Source: a bacterium
Lineage (GTDB): Bacteria > Hinthialibacterota > Hinthialibacteria > Hinthialibacterales > Hinthialibacteraceae
Direction of reading: 5' to 3'
Length of the DNA stretch: 44,187 bases
Assembly: GCA_041946805.1 (NCBI GenBank)
Contig: JBHGBC010000031.1
Coordinates: 1-44,187, forward strand
Below, piece by piece: positions 19,430 through 29,392 of the stretch (position 1 is its first letter; the number at the start of each line of letters is the position of its first letter). Below the pieces are notes generated by a model that saw only the letters and a list, made by a program, of their open reading frames with translations, ran no database searches and was not told the origin of the DNA. A program made the position numbers and the translations under genes.

Positions 19430-19882
19430 ATGAAAATCCATGAACCCCTGCTGAATGATCATCCTTTCTTTCAAAAGGTAAATCCCCGGTTTTTGGATCT
19501 CCTGACCGGCTGCGCCTCCCATGTCCGCTTCAACGCGGGGGACTACGTTTTCAAGGAAGGGGAAGAAGCCAAGCAGTTCTATCTCATCCGGCAGGGGAAA
19601 GTGTCGATGGAAATGTATTGCCCGCCGAAGGGAATCGTGCTCATTCAGACGATGACGGAGGGCGATGTGCTGGGGTGGTCCTGGCTGATGCCGCCGTACA
19701 CTTGGCGGTTCAGCGCCCGCGCCACCGAGTTGACCCGCGCCTTCGCGTTGGACGGCGAATGTCTGCGCAACAAATTCGCGCAAGATCATGACCTGGGGTA
19801 TGAGATGTTCAGTTTGTTCATCCCCGTCATCGTGGAATGCCTGGAAGCCACCCGGGTACAGTTGTTGGATGTGTATAAGTGA
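19430..19882 (+). CDS. Stand-alone cyclic-nucleotide-binding domain protein (no HTH)
   Basis: F.AGDYVFKEGEEA..FYLI..GKV, GDVLGWSWL, ARA.E; AAGGAG RBS. Confidence 0.9.
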   Translation: MKIHEPLLNDHPFFQKVNPRFLDLLTGCASHVRFNAGDYVFKEGEEAKQFYLIRQGKVSMEMYCPPKGIVLIQTMTEGDVLGWSWLMPPYTWRFSARATELTRAFALDGECLRNKFAQDHDLGYEMFSLFIPVIVECLEATRVQLLDVYK

Positions 19883-20252
19883 GGTTCTTCCGGAATGCGC
19901 ACATTTCAATAGGGCATTTTGTAAGCCCAGAATTGAATCCCTGGGCTGGTTTGAAGGCGTCCCCTGAAGAAGACCCTGAATCTTGAGGGATTTGTATATA
20001 TTTGTGTATATTAGAAGGTGTTTGCTTTGCGATGGGTTCTCCCTCACCCCAGCTCTCTTCCAGAGGGGGAGGGAGCAGAGAAGGAGGGGAGGTTCTGATT
20101 AAATGGATTGAAACACGGAGGGCACGGAAGACACAGAGAATAGATCATGGGCCAGTATTTCCCAGGATTAAACCCAGCGCTTATGAACAGGGCGGGCACC
20201 GCGGTCCGCCCCTGTATAGTTTCCTCACCCTGCACCCCGAGTCATTCTCCAA

Positions 20253-21599
20253 TCAAACCCGGTCCACCATGTCCTGGAAAGGATGTTGGGTGACTTTTTC
20301 CTTTTCGCCATCGAAATAGAGATGACGGCCTTTTTTATAAGATTCCACGCTCATGCCGATGGTGCACATCACTTGATAGGCCACCAGGGCGTTGAGTGTG
20401 GGTTGTTCGCGCGTGCGCATGCAGGAGAAGAAGTTGCTCATGTGATCTTCCCGCGGTTCCGCCTCGATCACGATTTCTTCCTTCCCGTGTTTCTCCTGGA
20501 ACTCTTTCATGTAAGGCCCCTGGGGCACGACGCGGATGCCCCGCTGGTCACGTCCCTCCAAGGGATAGAGATCGGCCTTGTGGCCGCGGATCAAGGTCGG
20601 CACGCCGGTATCGTTCACCAGTGAGGAGGGAATGTTGACGGAGAGTTTGGCCCAGTAATCGGCGCTGATCGTGAAGGTATCGGGCACCTCGCGGACATCG
20701 AGCTGGCCGGTGGTGGTGTCGACCGCTTCCTTGCAATACCAGATGCCGCCCGTGCCCACCACCCGCTTGGGGAATCCCAGTCCCAGGGCGATGTGCAGCG
20801 GGGTGAGGCGGTGGTACATCAAGTCGGTGGCGATTCCGCCCGAGTAGTCCCAAAACTTCCGGAAGCGGAAAAAGCGGTCCGCCGACCAGGGACGGGACTT
20901 GGCGGGTCCCAGCCAGAATTTCCAATCCACGTAATCCTCTCCCGCAGCGTCCGGTCCCGCGTTGGGATCGATTTCCCAATTCCACTCGCCATGGGGATTG
21001 TTGCGCGAGTAGGAGGTTTGGCACCAGACCGGCTTGCCGATCATCCCCTCCGCGATGACCTCCCGCGCTTTCCAACACCACGCGCTGGATGCTCCGCTCG
21101 CGCCGCCCTGGTGGATCCGCCCGTATTGTTTGGCCGTCTCATAGACCTGTTTGGCTTGATCGACGGTGAGGGTCATCGGCTTTTCCAGGTACACATCCTT
21201 GCCTTTTTTCATGGCGTCGATGGCGATGGTGGAATGCCAATGATCGGGTGTCGCGATGAAGACCGAGTCGATGTCGGAGCGGTCGATGAGTTCGCGGTAA
21301 TCGTGATAGACTCCGGAATTATCGAGGCTGGCCGCTTCCTTGGCTCGGGTTTTGCGCCGGTTGTAAATATCGCATACCGCGATCACTTTCACATCGCCTT
21401 CCTTCTGCTCCCGCTGCACCACACGGCGCAACAGGCCGCTTCCCTGCCCTCCCACGCCGATATGACCGGTATGGATGCGGTCATTGGCGCCCAGGGGCCG
21501 GGCGGACGCCGGTCCCCGCATGCCGATCAAGCCGAACGCGGCGCTTCCCGCCGCCGTGAGCAAGAATGAGCGTCTCCGCACAGGTTGTGATGTATCCAT
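20253..21599 (-). CDS. Gfo/Idh/MocA family oxidoreductase (Tat signal)
   Basis: RRRSFL; IGVGGQG; IATPDHWH; GKDVYLEKPM; WDYSGG. Confidence 0.92.
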   Translation of the reverse strand: MDTSQPVRRRSFLLTAAGSAAFGLIGMRGPASARPLGANDRIHTGHIGVGGQGSGLLRRVVQREQKEGDVKVIAVCDIYNRRKTRAKEAASLDNSGVYHDYRELIDRSDIDSVFIATPDHWHSTIAIDAMKKGKDVYLEKPMTLTVDQAKQVYETAKQYGRIHQGGASGASSAWCWKAREVIAEGMIGKPVWCQTSYSRNNPHGEWNWEIDPNAGPDAAGEDYVDWKFWLGPAKSRPWSADRFFRFRKFWDYSGGIATDLMYHRLTPLHIALGLGFPKRVVGTGGIWYCKEAVDTTTGQLDVREVPDTFTISADYWAKLSVNIPSSLVNDTGVPTLIRGHKADLYPLEGRDQRGIRVVPQGPYMKEFQEKHGKEEIVIEAEPREDHMSNFFSCMRTREQPTLNALVAYQVMCTIGMSVESYKKGRHLYFDGEKEKVTQHPFQDMVDRV

Positions 21600-21774
21600 G
21601 AGCCTTCTCCTTCGGATGGTTCGTTTTGGACGATGGTCGCATGAATCCGCGCCTGGTGTCAACGAATGGTGCTCCAGGCGTCAATCCGTTCTTCCGAAGG
21701 GGGATGGAAGGAAGGCTGCCCGAATCCGTTCGGCAGGGCGGCCACGGCCAGAACCACGTTTCGGACTGGGAGAA

Positions 21775-21969
21775 TCACGCTTTGGCCTTGGATTGAAACG
21801 ATTGGCACTCGAGGCCCGAACTTTCGTAGACGACTTGCGAGGGGATTTTCGCGGATTTGAATCCCAGGGCCTTGCAGCCATAGGGCCTATGGCGGTCCCA
21901 GGTGATATAATAATGCCGGCATTGACGGCAGACGGCCCGTTGCTTGGATAGGGTTGGATTCCCAGTCAT
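21775..21969 (-). CDS. Small Cys-rich conserved protein (family often auto-annotated 'uracil-DNA glycosylase')
   Basis: CRQCRHYYITWD...PYGC...GFKS...P...V..SSG.EC..F pattern; alternative GTG start at 21975. Confidence 0.7.
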   Translation of the reverse strand: MTGNPTLSKQRAVCRQCRHYYITWDRHRPYGCKALGFKSAKIPSQVVYESSGLECQSFQSKAKA

Positions 21970-22123
21970 CGGCACATTGAAGCAAAGAATCGATCCAGGT
22001 TTTTGGGACTTCCAGGGTCTCTATCTATGAAAAATACCACAAAACGATTATCCTGGATAGGATCAAATCATCGAATCAGCCGACATCGGGACCGATGGAA
22101 GTCCCGGCCGGCGATTGAAGAGG

Positions 22124-23632
22124 ATGATGAATCGTCGATTTGGCATCTTGGTTCTGATGTTGGGAATCCTTGCGGTTCTCATGCTGGATGCGCTGCTGCA
22201 TCCGTTGGTTGAGGGAAACGGGCCGGGAGAGTTGGCCATCCATCCGGCGGAATTCGCCGAGCTGTATCAGCCTGCCGCCTACGCTTCTCTGCGTCCCGGC
22301 CTGGTGTGGGAAAATCCTTCGTCCTCCGGGAATCCCCCCATGCGGGTGGAAACCAACCGGTATGGCATGCGCATGGGCGATGTGTCCCTGGACAAGTCCC
22401 CCGGCAAAATCCGGGTGGCGGTCCTCGGGGACAGTCTGCCGTTCGGGTGGGGCGTGCCTCCCGGAGAGGCCTTCCCCGCGGTGTTGGAAACGGCGCTCAA
22501 TCCGGGGGGCGCGGCGCGGTTTGAGGTTCTCAATTTCGCTGCGCCCGGTTTCACCGTTTATCATGCGCTACAACAATACGAAACTCTGGTCCATAACTTC
22601 CAACCCGACATCCTCATTCTCGCCCTGGGGCTATTTGATTCGTTTGAAAGCCGCATGTCCGAAAAGGAATTAGTGACCCGTCTGCGGGAGCATCAGTTGC
22701 TGGAAAAACCGGGCGGTTTCCTCCGGTTCTGGCGGGATCACAGCGCCCTGGGCGCATGGTGGCATCAGTTTCGCGCCCGCGCCGGCCGGGAAGCGATCGC
22801 GGAGGAAATCCAGGGCCGCGCCGCCCGGGGCGCCTGGGTGGATAAAGTGCCCGCCGCCGATTTCGTCCAGGCCATCGAAGCGATTCTCGGACATCATCTC
22901 GGCCGGGGCGGCCAGGCGGTCCTCGTCAACACCGATCTCCTGAATTTCAAACTCACCCCGGTATTTGAGGATCTGACCCGGCGGCGGGATGTCCCTCTTC
23001 TCGATCTGCGGGCTTTGTTCGACCGGCTGGGGCAGTTCGAAGAGCGGCGTAAAAGTTTCGCCCTGTCATTGGCCAAAAACGAAGACTACGAAACCGATGG
23101 ATTCAACCATTTTTACGCCGAGGCCAATTCCACCTACCTGTTCCGGGTTTTTGTCCCGGACTCCGTCTCCGTGAATTCCGCCGTTTTCATCAGCGGCAAC
23201 CATCCCTTGTTGGGGGACGGCCGGCCCAACCAGATCCGGATGTACGACGACGGATCCCATGGTGACGAACGCGCTCAGGACCGGATCTGGTCGCTGCGGT
23301 TGCATTTCGGCCAGCCGCAAACCCTCTATTTCACCTTCACCACCGGCGGCGTGGAGGGAGATTGGGGAACCGAATCCGGCGCGTACGACAACGCCGCGAA
23401 AAACTTTGCCTTTCAGTACCAGGTGACCCCGCCGGATTTCACCGATTCCGTCGAATGGAAATCGCCCGTCTACATCCTGGGCCGCATTCCCTTCGCCCAC
23501 CTCCTGCTGGACGAGTCCTCCCCTTTCCCCAACGCCCTGGGCCACAAGGCCATCGCCCGCCGCCTGGCGCACATCCTTCTGGAACGAAACGCCGCGCCGG
23601 TGATCGGTTTGGGGACGGGCGGGACGAAATGA
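22124..23632 (+). CDS. SGNH/GDSL hydrolase-family protein with an inserted carbohydrate-binding-like beta domain
   Basis: N-terminal TM; RVAVLGDS..FGWGV, EVLNFAAPG; MYDDGSHGDE.A.D.IWS motif; PNALGH. Confidence 0.75.
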   Translation: MMNRRFGILVLMLGILAVLMLDALLHPLVEGNGPGELAIHPAEFAELYQPAAYASLRPGLVWENPSSSGNPPMRVETNRYGMRMGDVSLDKSPGKIRVAVLGDSLPFGWGVPPGEAFPAVLETALNPGGAARFEVLNFAAPGFTVYHALQQYETLVHNFQPDILILALGLFDSFESRMSEKELVTRLREHQLLEKPGGFLRFWRDHSALGAWWHQFRARAGREAIAEEIQGRAARGAWVDKVPAADFVQAIEAILGHHLGRGGQAVLVNTDLLNFKLTPVFEDLTRRRDVPLLDLRALFDRLGQFEERRKSFALSLAKNEDYETDGFNHFYAEANSTYLFRVFVPDSVSVNSAVFISGNHPLLGDGRPNQIRMYDDGSHGDERAQDRIWSLRLHFGQPQTLYFTFTTGGVEGDWGTESGAYDNAAKNFAFQYQVTPPDFTDSVEWKSPVYILGRIPFAHLLLDESSPFPNALGHKAIARRLAHILLERNAAPVIGLGTGGTK

Positions 23633-23708
23633 TTCGCATCCCGTGTATTTAAACCCACCTGCTTTTCCACCATAATAGGAAAAACCTTGCCGGGAGAGGA
23701 TACCGCGC

Positions 23709-24905
23709 ATGTTGAGTCTGGAAGTCCTCCTTTCTCTGATCAACGATCTGGAATCCGACCGGGTGGAACGTACGCGTGCCTCGAAAGACATGGACAAGTT
23801 TTGCCAAACGGTGTGTGCCTTCTCCAACGATTTGCCACATCATAATCAGCCAGGATATTTGATTGTCGGGGTGGACGATAAAACGGGAAAGCGGACGGGA
23901 CTGCGCGTTACGGATGAATTACTGAAGGATCTGGCCTCCATTGCGAACAGCGGCAGTGTGCAGCCTCTCCCCACGATTCATGTCAATTCCTACTCATTTG
24001 ATGATAACGAGGGAGATGTGGCGGTGGTGGAAGTAATGCCTTCCCTGCTTCCTCCGGTGCGGTATAAAGGCCGGGTTTGGGTACGGATCGGCCCCACGCA
24101 GCGATCCGCTACGGAGCAGGAAGAACGGATTTTAACGGAACGGAGAATCTCTCACGAACTCACATATGATGCCCGGCCCTGCCTGGGTTCATCTATTTCT
24201 GAACTGAATCGGGAATTGTTTCTCGTTACTTACTTGCCGAACGCGGTATCCAGCGATGTGATTGAGGAAAACAACCGGAACCTGGAAGAACAACTCGCGT
24301 CCCTGCGTTTGTACGATCCGCGCCGGCAATGCCCCACGCATGCCGGGATTCTTCTTTTGGGGCAAGATCCACTCCACTGGATCCCGGGCGCGTACATCCA
24401 ATTCGTCCGGTTTGACGGGGACGACTCCACGAATCCGGTGTTGAATGAAAAACAATTTTCCGGAGATCTGTTGACTCTGCTTCGGAATCTGGATGATTTT
24501 ATCGAGTTGGAAATCACCCGTTATCCCGTTTTAGAATCCGCGCTCCAGGAACGCATGATTTTGGATTACCCTCTTGTGGCGCTCCGGGAACTCTTGATGA
24601 ACGCGGTGCTGCACCGGAATTACGAGGGCTCCACCAGCCCCATCCGGTTTTTCTGGTTTTCCGGCCGGATTGAAATTCACAGTCCTGGCGGATTGTACGG
24701 CGAAGTGACATCCGAAAATTTTCCCGATCAGACGTCCTACCGGAATCCGGTTCTCGCCGAGGCCTTGAAAGTCATGGGTTATGTCAACCGGTTCGGTGTG
24801 GGAGTGCAACGCGCGCAACGGGCCTTGCGGGAAAACGGAAATCCCCCCGCGGATTTTGGATTTGAAACCAATTCGGTGCTGGCGGTGATCCGGAAACGCT
24901 CATGA
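23709..24905 (+). CDS. Schlafen/AlbA_2 domain + HATPase_c_4 ('ATP-binding protein'), no C-terminal wHTH
   Basis: ESDRVE..., CAFSND, LIVGVDD; ALRELLMNAVLHRNY, IEIHSPGGL, YRNPVLAEAL..MGYVNRFGVGV. Confidence 0.85.
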   Translation: MLSLEVLLSLINDLESDRVERTRASKDMDKFCQTVCAFSNDLPHHNQPGYLIVGVDDKTGKRTGLRVTDELLKDLASIANSGSVQPLPTIHVNSYSFDDNEGDVAVVEVMPSLLPPVRYKGRVWVRIGPTQRSATEQEERILTERRISHELTYDARPCLGSSISELNRELFLVTYLPNAVSSDVIEENNRNLEEQLASLRLYDPRRQCPTHAGILLLGQDPLHWIPGAYIQFVRFDGDDSTNPVLNEKQFSGDLLTLLRNLDDFIELEITRYPVLESALQERMILDYPLVALRELLMNAVLHRNYEGSTSPIRFFWFSGRIEIHSPGGLYGEVTSENFPDQTSYRNPVLAEALKVMGYVNRFGVGVQRAQRALRENGNPPADFGFETNSVLAVIRKRS

Positions 24906-25918
24906 AAACCATCGCGTTTTTCAATAACAAGGGTGGAGTGGGCAAAACCTCGCTGGTCTATCACCTCGCCTGGATGTTCGCCGATCAGGGGCATGATGTC
25001 CTCGCCGCGGATCTGGATCCCCAATCCAATTTGACGGCCATGTTTTTGGAAGACGAACAATTGGAAGAGTTGTGGAACGATGACAGCCGCCCCAATACCA
25101 TCCAGGATGCCGTGGTACCCTTGATCGATATTACAGGAGATATCCAGACTCCCATCGTGCAAAGGATAAATTCCGAACATGATTTTATTACGGGGAAAAT
25201 CGGCCTGATCGCGGGAAACATGGATCTGTCTAAGTTTGAAGATCCTCTCAGCGAACAATGGCCGAAGTGTCTGGAGAAAAACGCGGGCGCATTCCGGGTC
25301 ATCTCCGCATTTTACCGCATCCTGGCGGTTTGCGCTGACGAACAAAAAGCGGAACTGGTTTTGATCGATGTGGGGCCGAATCTGGGGGCCATCAACCGCG
25401 CCGCGCTGATCGCCTCCGATTATGTCGTCATTCCCCTGTCGCCGGATCTTTACTCGATCCAAGGCCTGCGCAACCTGGGGCCCACGCTCCGCGATTGGCG
25501 GAGGGGGTGGAAAAAACGGTTAGGTGAAAAGCCGGAGACGAATTTGAATCTCCCCAAGGGAGAGATGAGCCCCTTGGGTTATGTTGTACTCCAGCACGCG
25601 CTCCGCCAGGACCGGCCCGTGAAAGCCTACGATCGATGGATTGCCCGGATTCCGGCGGTCTACCGCGAATCGGTGCTGGCCGAACCGGCGCCAAATCCTC
25701 CCTCGATCGCGGAGGATCCTCACTGCCTGACCTTGATCAAGCATTACCGCAGCCTGATGCCCATGGCCATGGAAGCGCGCAAGCCGATGTTTTTTTTGAA
25801 GCCGGCGGATGGGGCGATCGGCGCGCATGTCGGCGCGGTGAAACAATGCTACAAGGATTTTGAGTACCTGGCCCAGCAAATTCTGCTTCACATTGAAAAA
25901 GCCGAATCCGTCCGGTAA
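24902..25918 (+). CDS. ParA/MinD-family ATPase (orphan, no parB in window)
   Basis: FFNNKGGVGKTS deviant Walker A, DLDPQSNLT, LIDVGPN; ATGA overlap with the upstream gene. Confidence 0.9.
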   Translation: MKTIAFFNNKGGVGKTSLVYHLAWMFADQGHDVLAADLDPQSNLTAMFLEDEQLEELWNDDSRPNTIQDAVVPLIDITGDIQTPIVQRINSEHDFITGKIGLIAGNMDLSKFEDPLSEQWPKCLEKNAGAFRVISAFYRILAVCADEQKAELVLIDVGPNLGAINRAALIASDYVVIPLSPDLYSIQGLRNLGPTLRDWRRGWKKRLGEKPETNLNLPKGEMSPLGYVVLQHALRQDRPVKAYDRWIARIPAVYRESVLAEPAPNPPSIAEDPHCLTLIKHYRSLMPMAMEARKPMFFLKPADGAIGAHVGAVKQCYKDFEYLAQQILLHIEKAESVR

Positions 25919-25942
25919 ATCTCCCCGTATATCGTTATTTGT

Positions 25943-26192
25943 GGTTCATCCGGCAAGTGCGTACAGGATGGGGAAAATCGTATTGCCATTCCATTACTCG
26001 GAACCGAAGGAAAATCAGTTCCTTCCCGCCCGGCGTATAGGAACCCGCCGAGGGGACCGGCGTCAAGGGAAGGATTTCCCTCACCCTGGCCCTGTCCCAG
26101 AGGGAGAGGGGATTTAAGGGGGCTCTCTCCCACCCGCCTAATCGATGTCCGGCCACGCTTTCGGAAAAATGTACGCACTGATCGGATGAACC
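25943..26192 (+). mobile_element. Complete MITE subfamily A (250 bp) with perfect 8-bp TSD
   Basis: TIRs GGTTCATCCGGCAAGTGCGTAC / GTACGCACTGATCGGATGAACC; TTATTTGT at both 25935-25942 and 26193-26200. Confidence 0.92.
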
Positions 26193-26272
26193 TTATTTGT
26201 TCCATTGTTTCAGATCTATCCTTCTCCCCGGATGGCGGCGCCGCGCTACAATGTCGGCGAAAGGAGCGAGCG

Positions 26273-27367
26273 ATGGGCAATACGTTTGGGCGCGTGTTTC
26301 GGATCACCACCTGGGGCGAATCGCATGGCGGGGCGGTGGGCGTGGTGGTGGACGGCTGCCCGCCGCGGATTCCCATCACGCCGGAAGAGATTCAGGCCGA
26401 ATTGGACCGACGCCGGCCCGGCCAAAGTCTCATCACCTCGCAGCGGAGTGAAAGCGACACCGTACAAATCCTGTCCGGAGTGTTCGAGGGGCAAACCCTG
26501 GGGACGCCCATTTCCATGATGGTTCACAATCAGGACGCCCGTTCCCAGGATTATTCGGAAATGCAGAACGCCTACCGGCCGTCGCACGCCGATTACACGT
26601 ACGACGCCAAATTCGGCATCCGCGATTACCGGGGCGGCGGCCGCGCCAGCGCCCGCGAAACCATCGGCCGCGTCGCGGGGGGAACTATCGCCCGCAAACT
26701 TTTGCATAGGCGTCACGGCGTCGAAATCGTGGCTTATGTCCAGCAAATCTACAATCTGGAAGCCAATATCAATCCCCGCCAGGTGACACGGGAACAAGTG
26801 GAGGACAATCCCGTCCGCTGCCCCGATCCCGAGATGGCCCGGCAAATGTACGAACTGATCGACCAGGCGCGCCGGGACGGCGACTCCGTCGGCGGCATTA
26901 TCGAATGTGTGATCCGCCACGCGCCGCCGGGGCTCGGTTGCCCGGTGTTCGACCGGCTGGAAGCCGACCTCGCCAAGGCCATGCTCTCCCTGCCCGCCAC
27001 CAAGGGATTTGAAATCGGCAGCGGCTTCTCCGGCGTGTTGAGGAAGGGCTCCGAGCACAACGATCTTTTCTACGCTTCCGAGGGCCGGATTCACACCCGC
27101 ACCAATTTTTCCGGCGGGGTGCAGGGAGGCATCAGCAACGGCGAAGACATCCTGTTCCGCGTGGCTTTCAAACCCACTGCCACCATCTTGCGGGCGCAAG
27201 AGACCGTCACGCCGCGGGGAGAAGCGACAATCCTGAAGCCCCGCGGCCGGCACGATCCGTGCGTGGTTCCCCGCGCGGTTCCCATCGTCGAGGCCATGGC
27301 CGCCCTGGTGCTCGCCGACCACGACCTGCTTGACCAGGCCATCCAAAATCCGCCGGCGCGCGCGTGA
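26273..27367 (+). CDS. aroC: Chorismate synthase
   Basis: [73 protein letters not shown]. Confidence 0.98.
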   Translation: MGNTFGRVFRITTWGESHGGAVGVVVDGCPPRIPITPEEIQAELDRRRPGQSLITSQRSESDTVQILSGVFEGQTLGTPISMMVHNQDARSQDYSEMQNAYRPSHADYTYDAKFGIRDYRGGGRASARETIGRVAGGTIARKLLHRRHGVEIVAYVQQIYNLEANINPRQVTREQVEDNPVRCPDPEMARQMYELIDQARRDGDSVGGIIECVIRHAPPGLGCPVFDRLEADLAKAMLSLPATKGFEIGSGFSGVLRKGSEHNDLFYASEGRIHTRTNFSGGVQGGISNGEDILFRVAFKPTATILRAQETVTPRGEATILKPRGRHDPCVVPRAVPIVEAMAALVLADHDLLDQAIQNPPARA

Positions 27368-27444
27368 ATCGCGTGAATGAAATAAACCGGGACAGTCCGA
27401 TCCGATCCATCGAACCGCCCCGGTTCCAATACTTGGAGGGAACG

Positions 27445-29199
27445 TTATTCCTGATTATCCGGTTCTTGCGCCTCCGGCTGTTGCCCCGGTTCATCCTCTT
27501 CCGGCGTCATGCCGCCCATGATGGCCATGCGGATGGTGCTGATCTCTTGGGCAGGAATCCGCATCCGGGACACGGCATCTCCCTCTTCAACCCGCATGTC
27601 CATGGTTACGCCCGGCGTATTCGCGCTGTCGGGGATTTCCACCATCGCGAGAGGATTGACGCTCCCGCCCGCGGTTTTCGCCAGTTGCTGCTTGATCATA
27701 CGCAATTGCTCGATCAGGCTGAGGCGCATCGCCAGCATCGCCTTCGGACCGGCTTGTTTGATCCAGGGAAGGCTGTCCGCCGCCGGGGCTTTGCCCGATT
27801 GCACCTGATCGATCACGGGGCCGATCTCCTGGGTGGTGAGGATCAAGGCGCGGGGCGCCGTGGCCATGTAGAAGTCCATGTCCATGTCTTTCAACGCTTG
27901 GGCTTCCGGCGATTCGGGATCGTCGAATTCGTATTTCATGGATATCTTGGAATAAGGGATCTCCTTGTATTTCCCCGCGTTCTCGTCTTCCGTGATGTTG
28001 ATCTTGATCCCTTCCCCCGGCGCCGCGACCGCCACCGATTCCTTGAACATCTCCAGAAATTCACTGGTCAAACGGGACGCCTCGGACGACTCCTTGAGGC
28101 CCATCACTTCGGTAAACGTGAAAGGCCGCTTTTCCTCGCCGGAGGGATTCATCGTCAAGGCGAGCGTCCCTTCAAACTGGCTGGAGAAAAGATCCCAGAA
28201 TGTGGCCATCTTTTTCGGGTCTATACCCATCTTGGCGCAATCCTGAATCATCCGGTCCTGGATCAGTTTGTACACTTTGGGATCGAAGTTGGCCACCATG
28301 GAAATCCAGCTGTTGGCGGACAGCGCCGGCAGCACGGAATCGAGAGAGGCGAAATTCGCGGTTCGGAAATAGTCCGCCAGCGGTGTACCCGGCACGGTCC
28401 GGGTGATTTTCCGCACTTCCACCGCGTCCGCCGAGAAATTCAAGTCAACCTGGACCGTATCCACCTGGGCCGCGAGATCGAATACCCAACCGGACTCGAT
28501 CCGGAGAATCGGCAGCAGGTTGGCGGGCATTGGTGTAGGCGAATTTTCCGTAATGTCCGCCCAGGAATCGAGAGCGTTTTCCACCACGCCGCGCAACATG
28601 GGTATGAGTTTCTGGGTTTGAATCCAAAGGCTCAAATCACCCTGCGAAGAGAACGGCAGGCCATTCAACTGGTTCCAATCGGCATTCTTCACCCAATCCT
28701 GGATCGCGGGCAAAGCGGGGCCTTTGCGCATCACCGCGTAGTTCCCCTTCACCACGGCGGAAAGATCATCACTGGAATAGATTCCCGGCGCGGAGGCCGG
28801 CATCTCCAACTGCTCCGTGAATTTCGCTGGATCGGAGAGCGGGCACAGGCCGATGAACGGATCGTTCATCTCCTCCCCCTGGGGCAGCAATAAAATCCAT
28901 ATCGGTTTTTGCTTGTCGACTCCGTCCAGGCTTTTGAGGGCGAATATCTCCTGGACGTGGTTTCCTGGTTCCCCACCCAAGCCCCATCCCAAGGCGGGCA
29001 GGAGGAAGGCGTCAAGATTCCGCGACGTCTGGCTGATCGACGCCAGGCGGACCACCGCCAGAGTATCGGCGGGCATCAGGGAGAAGACGTTAGGGGAACC
29101 GGACTCGGCCGGGAAAACGGAATGGGAAAGGAGTATACCTCCAACCATCCAGAACACCAATGAGCATACTGCGGCCAAGCGCGTTTGAGTGAATCGCAT
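27445..29199 (-). CDS. Exported hypothetical protein
   Basis: 584-aa ORF with signal-peptide-like N-terminus, GAGGGG RBS and acidic tail. Confidence 0.75.
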   Translation of the reverse strand: MRFTQTRLAAVCSLVFWMVGGILLSHSVFPAESGSPNVFSLMPADTLAVVRLASISQTSRNLDAFLLPALGWGLGGEPGNHVQEIFALKSLDGVDKQKPIWILLLPQGEEMNDPFIGLCPLSDPAKFTEQLEMPASAPGIYSSDDLSAVVKGNYAVMRKGPALPAIQDWVKNADWNQLNGLPFSSQGDLSLWIQTQKLIPMLRGVVENALDSWADITENSPTPMPANLLPILRIESGWVFDLAAQVDTVQVDLNFSADAVEVRKITRTVPGTPLADYFRTANFASLDSVLPALSANSWISMVANFDPKVYKLIQDRMIQDCAKMGIDPKKMATFWDLFSSQFEGTLALTMNPSGEEKRPFTFTEVMGLKESSEASRLTSEFLEMFKESVAVAAPGEGIKINITEDENAGKYKEIPYSKISMKYEFDDPESPEAQALKDMDMDFYMATAPRALILTTQEIGPVIDQVQSGKAPAADSLPWIKQAGPKAMLAMRLSLIEQLRMIKQQLAKTAGGSVNPLAMVEIPDSANTPGVTMDMRVEEGDAVSRMRIPAQEISTIRMAIMGGMTPEEDEPGQQPEAQEPDNQE

Positions 29200-29392
29200 G
29201 TTTTGATTACCCCCTCGAGTGAGATGGTTCTAGCGAATTGGTTCATTGTATCATACATAATGAGAATGACCTGATCTATTTCCACGCGAAGAAACATTTT
29301 TGAATTGTATCTGATTTTCTAGTGGAATGGGATTAGTCTAGGCAGGGTGGATTGAGCGCAAGGAAATCCGTCATCGCCATATTAGAAGATAA

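Noticed and set aside
24902..25918. Chromosome or plasmid partition locus (parAB/parS)
   Set aside because: No parB and no parS-like palindrome seen; the ParA is long and coupled to an AlbA_2 gene
27364..28893. 509-aa plus-strand ORF overlapping the aroC stop
   Set aside because: Arg/His/Gly-rich antisense shadow of 27445-29199 with no motifs
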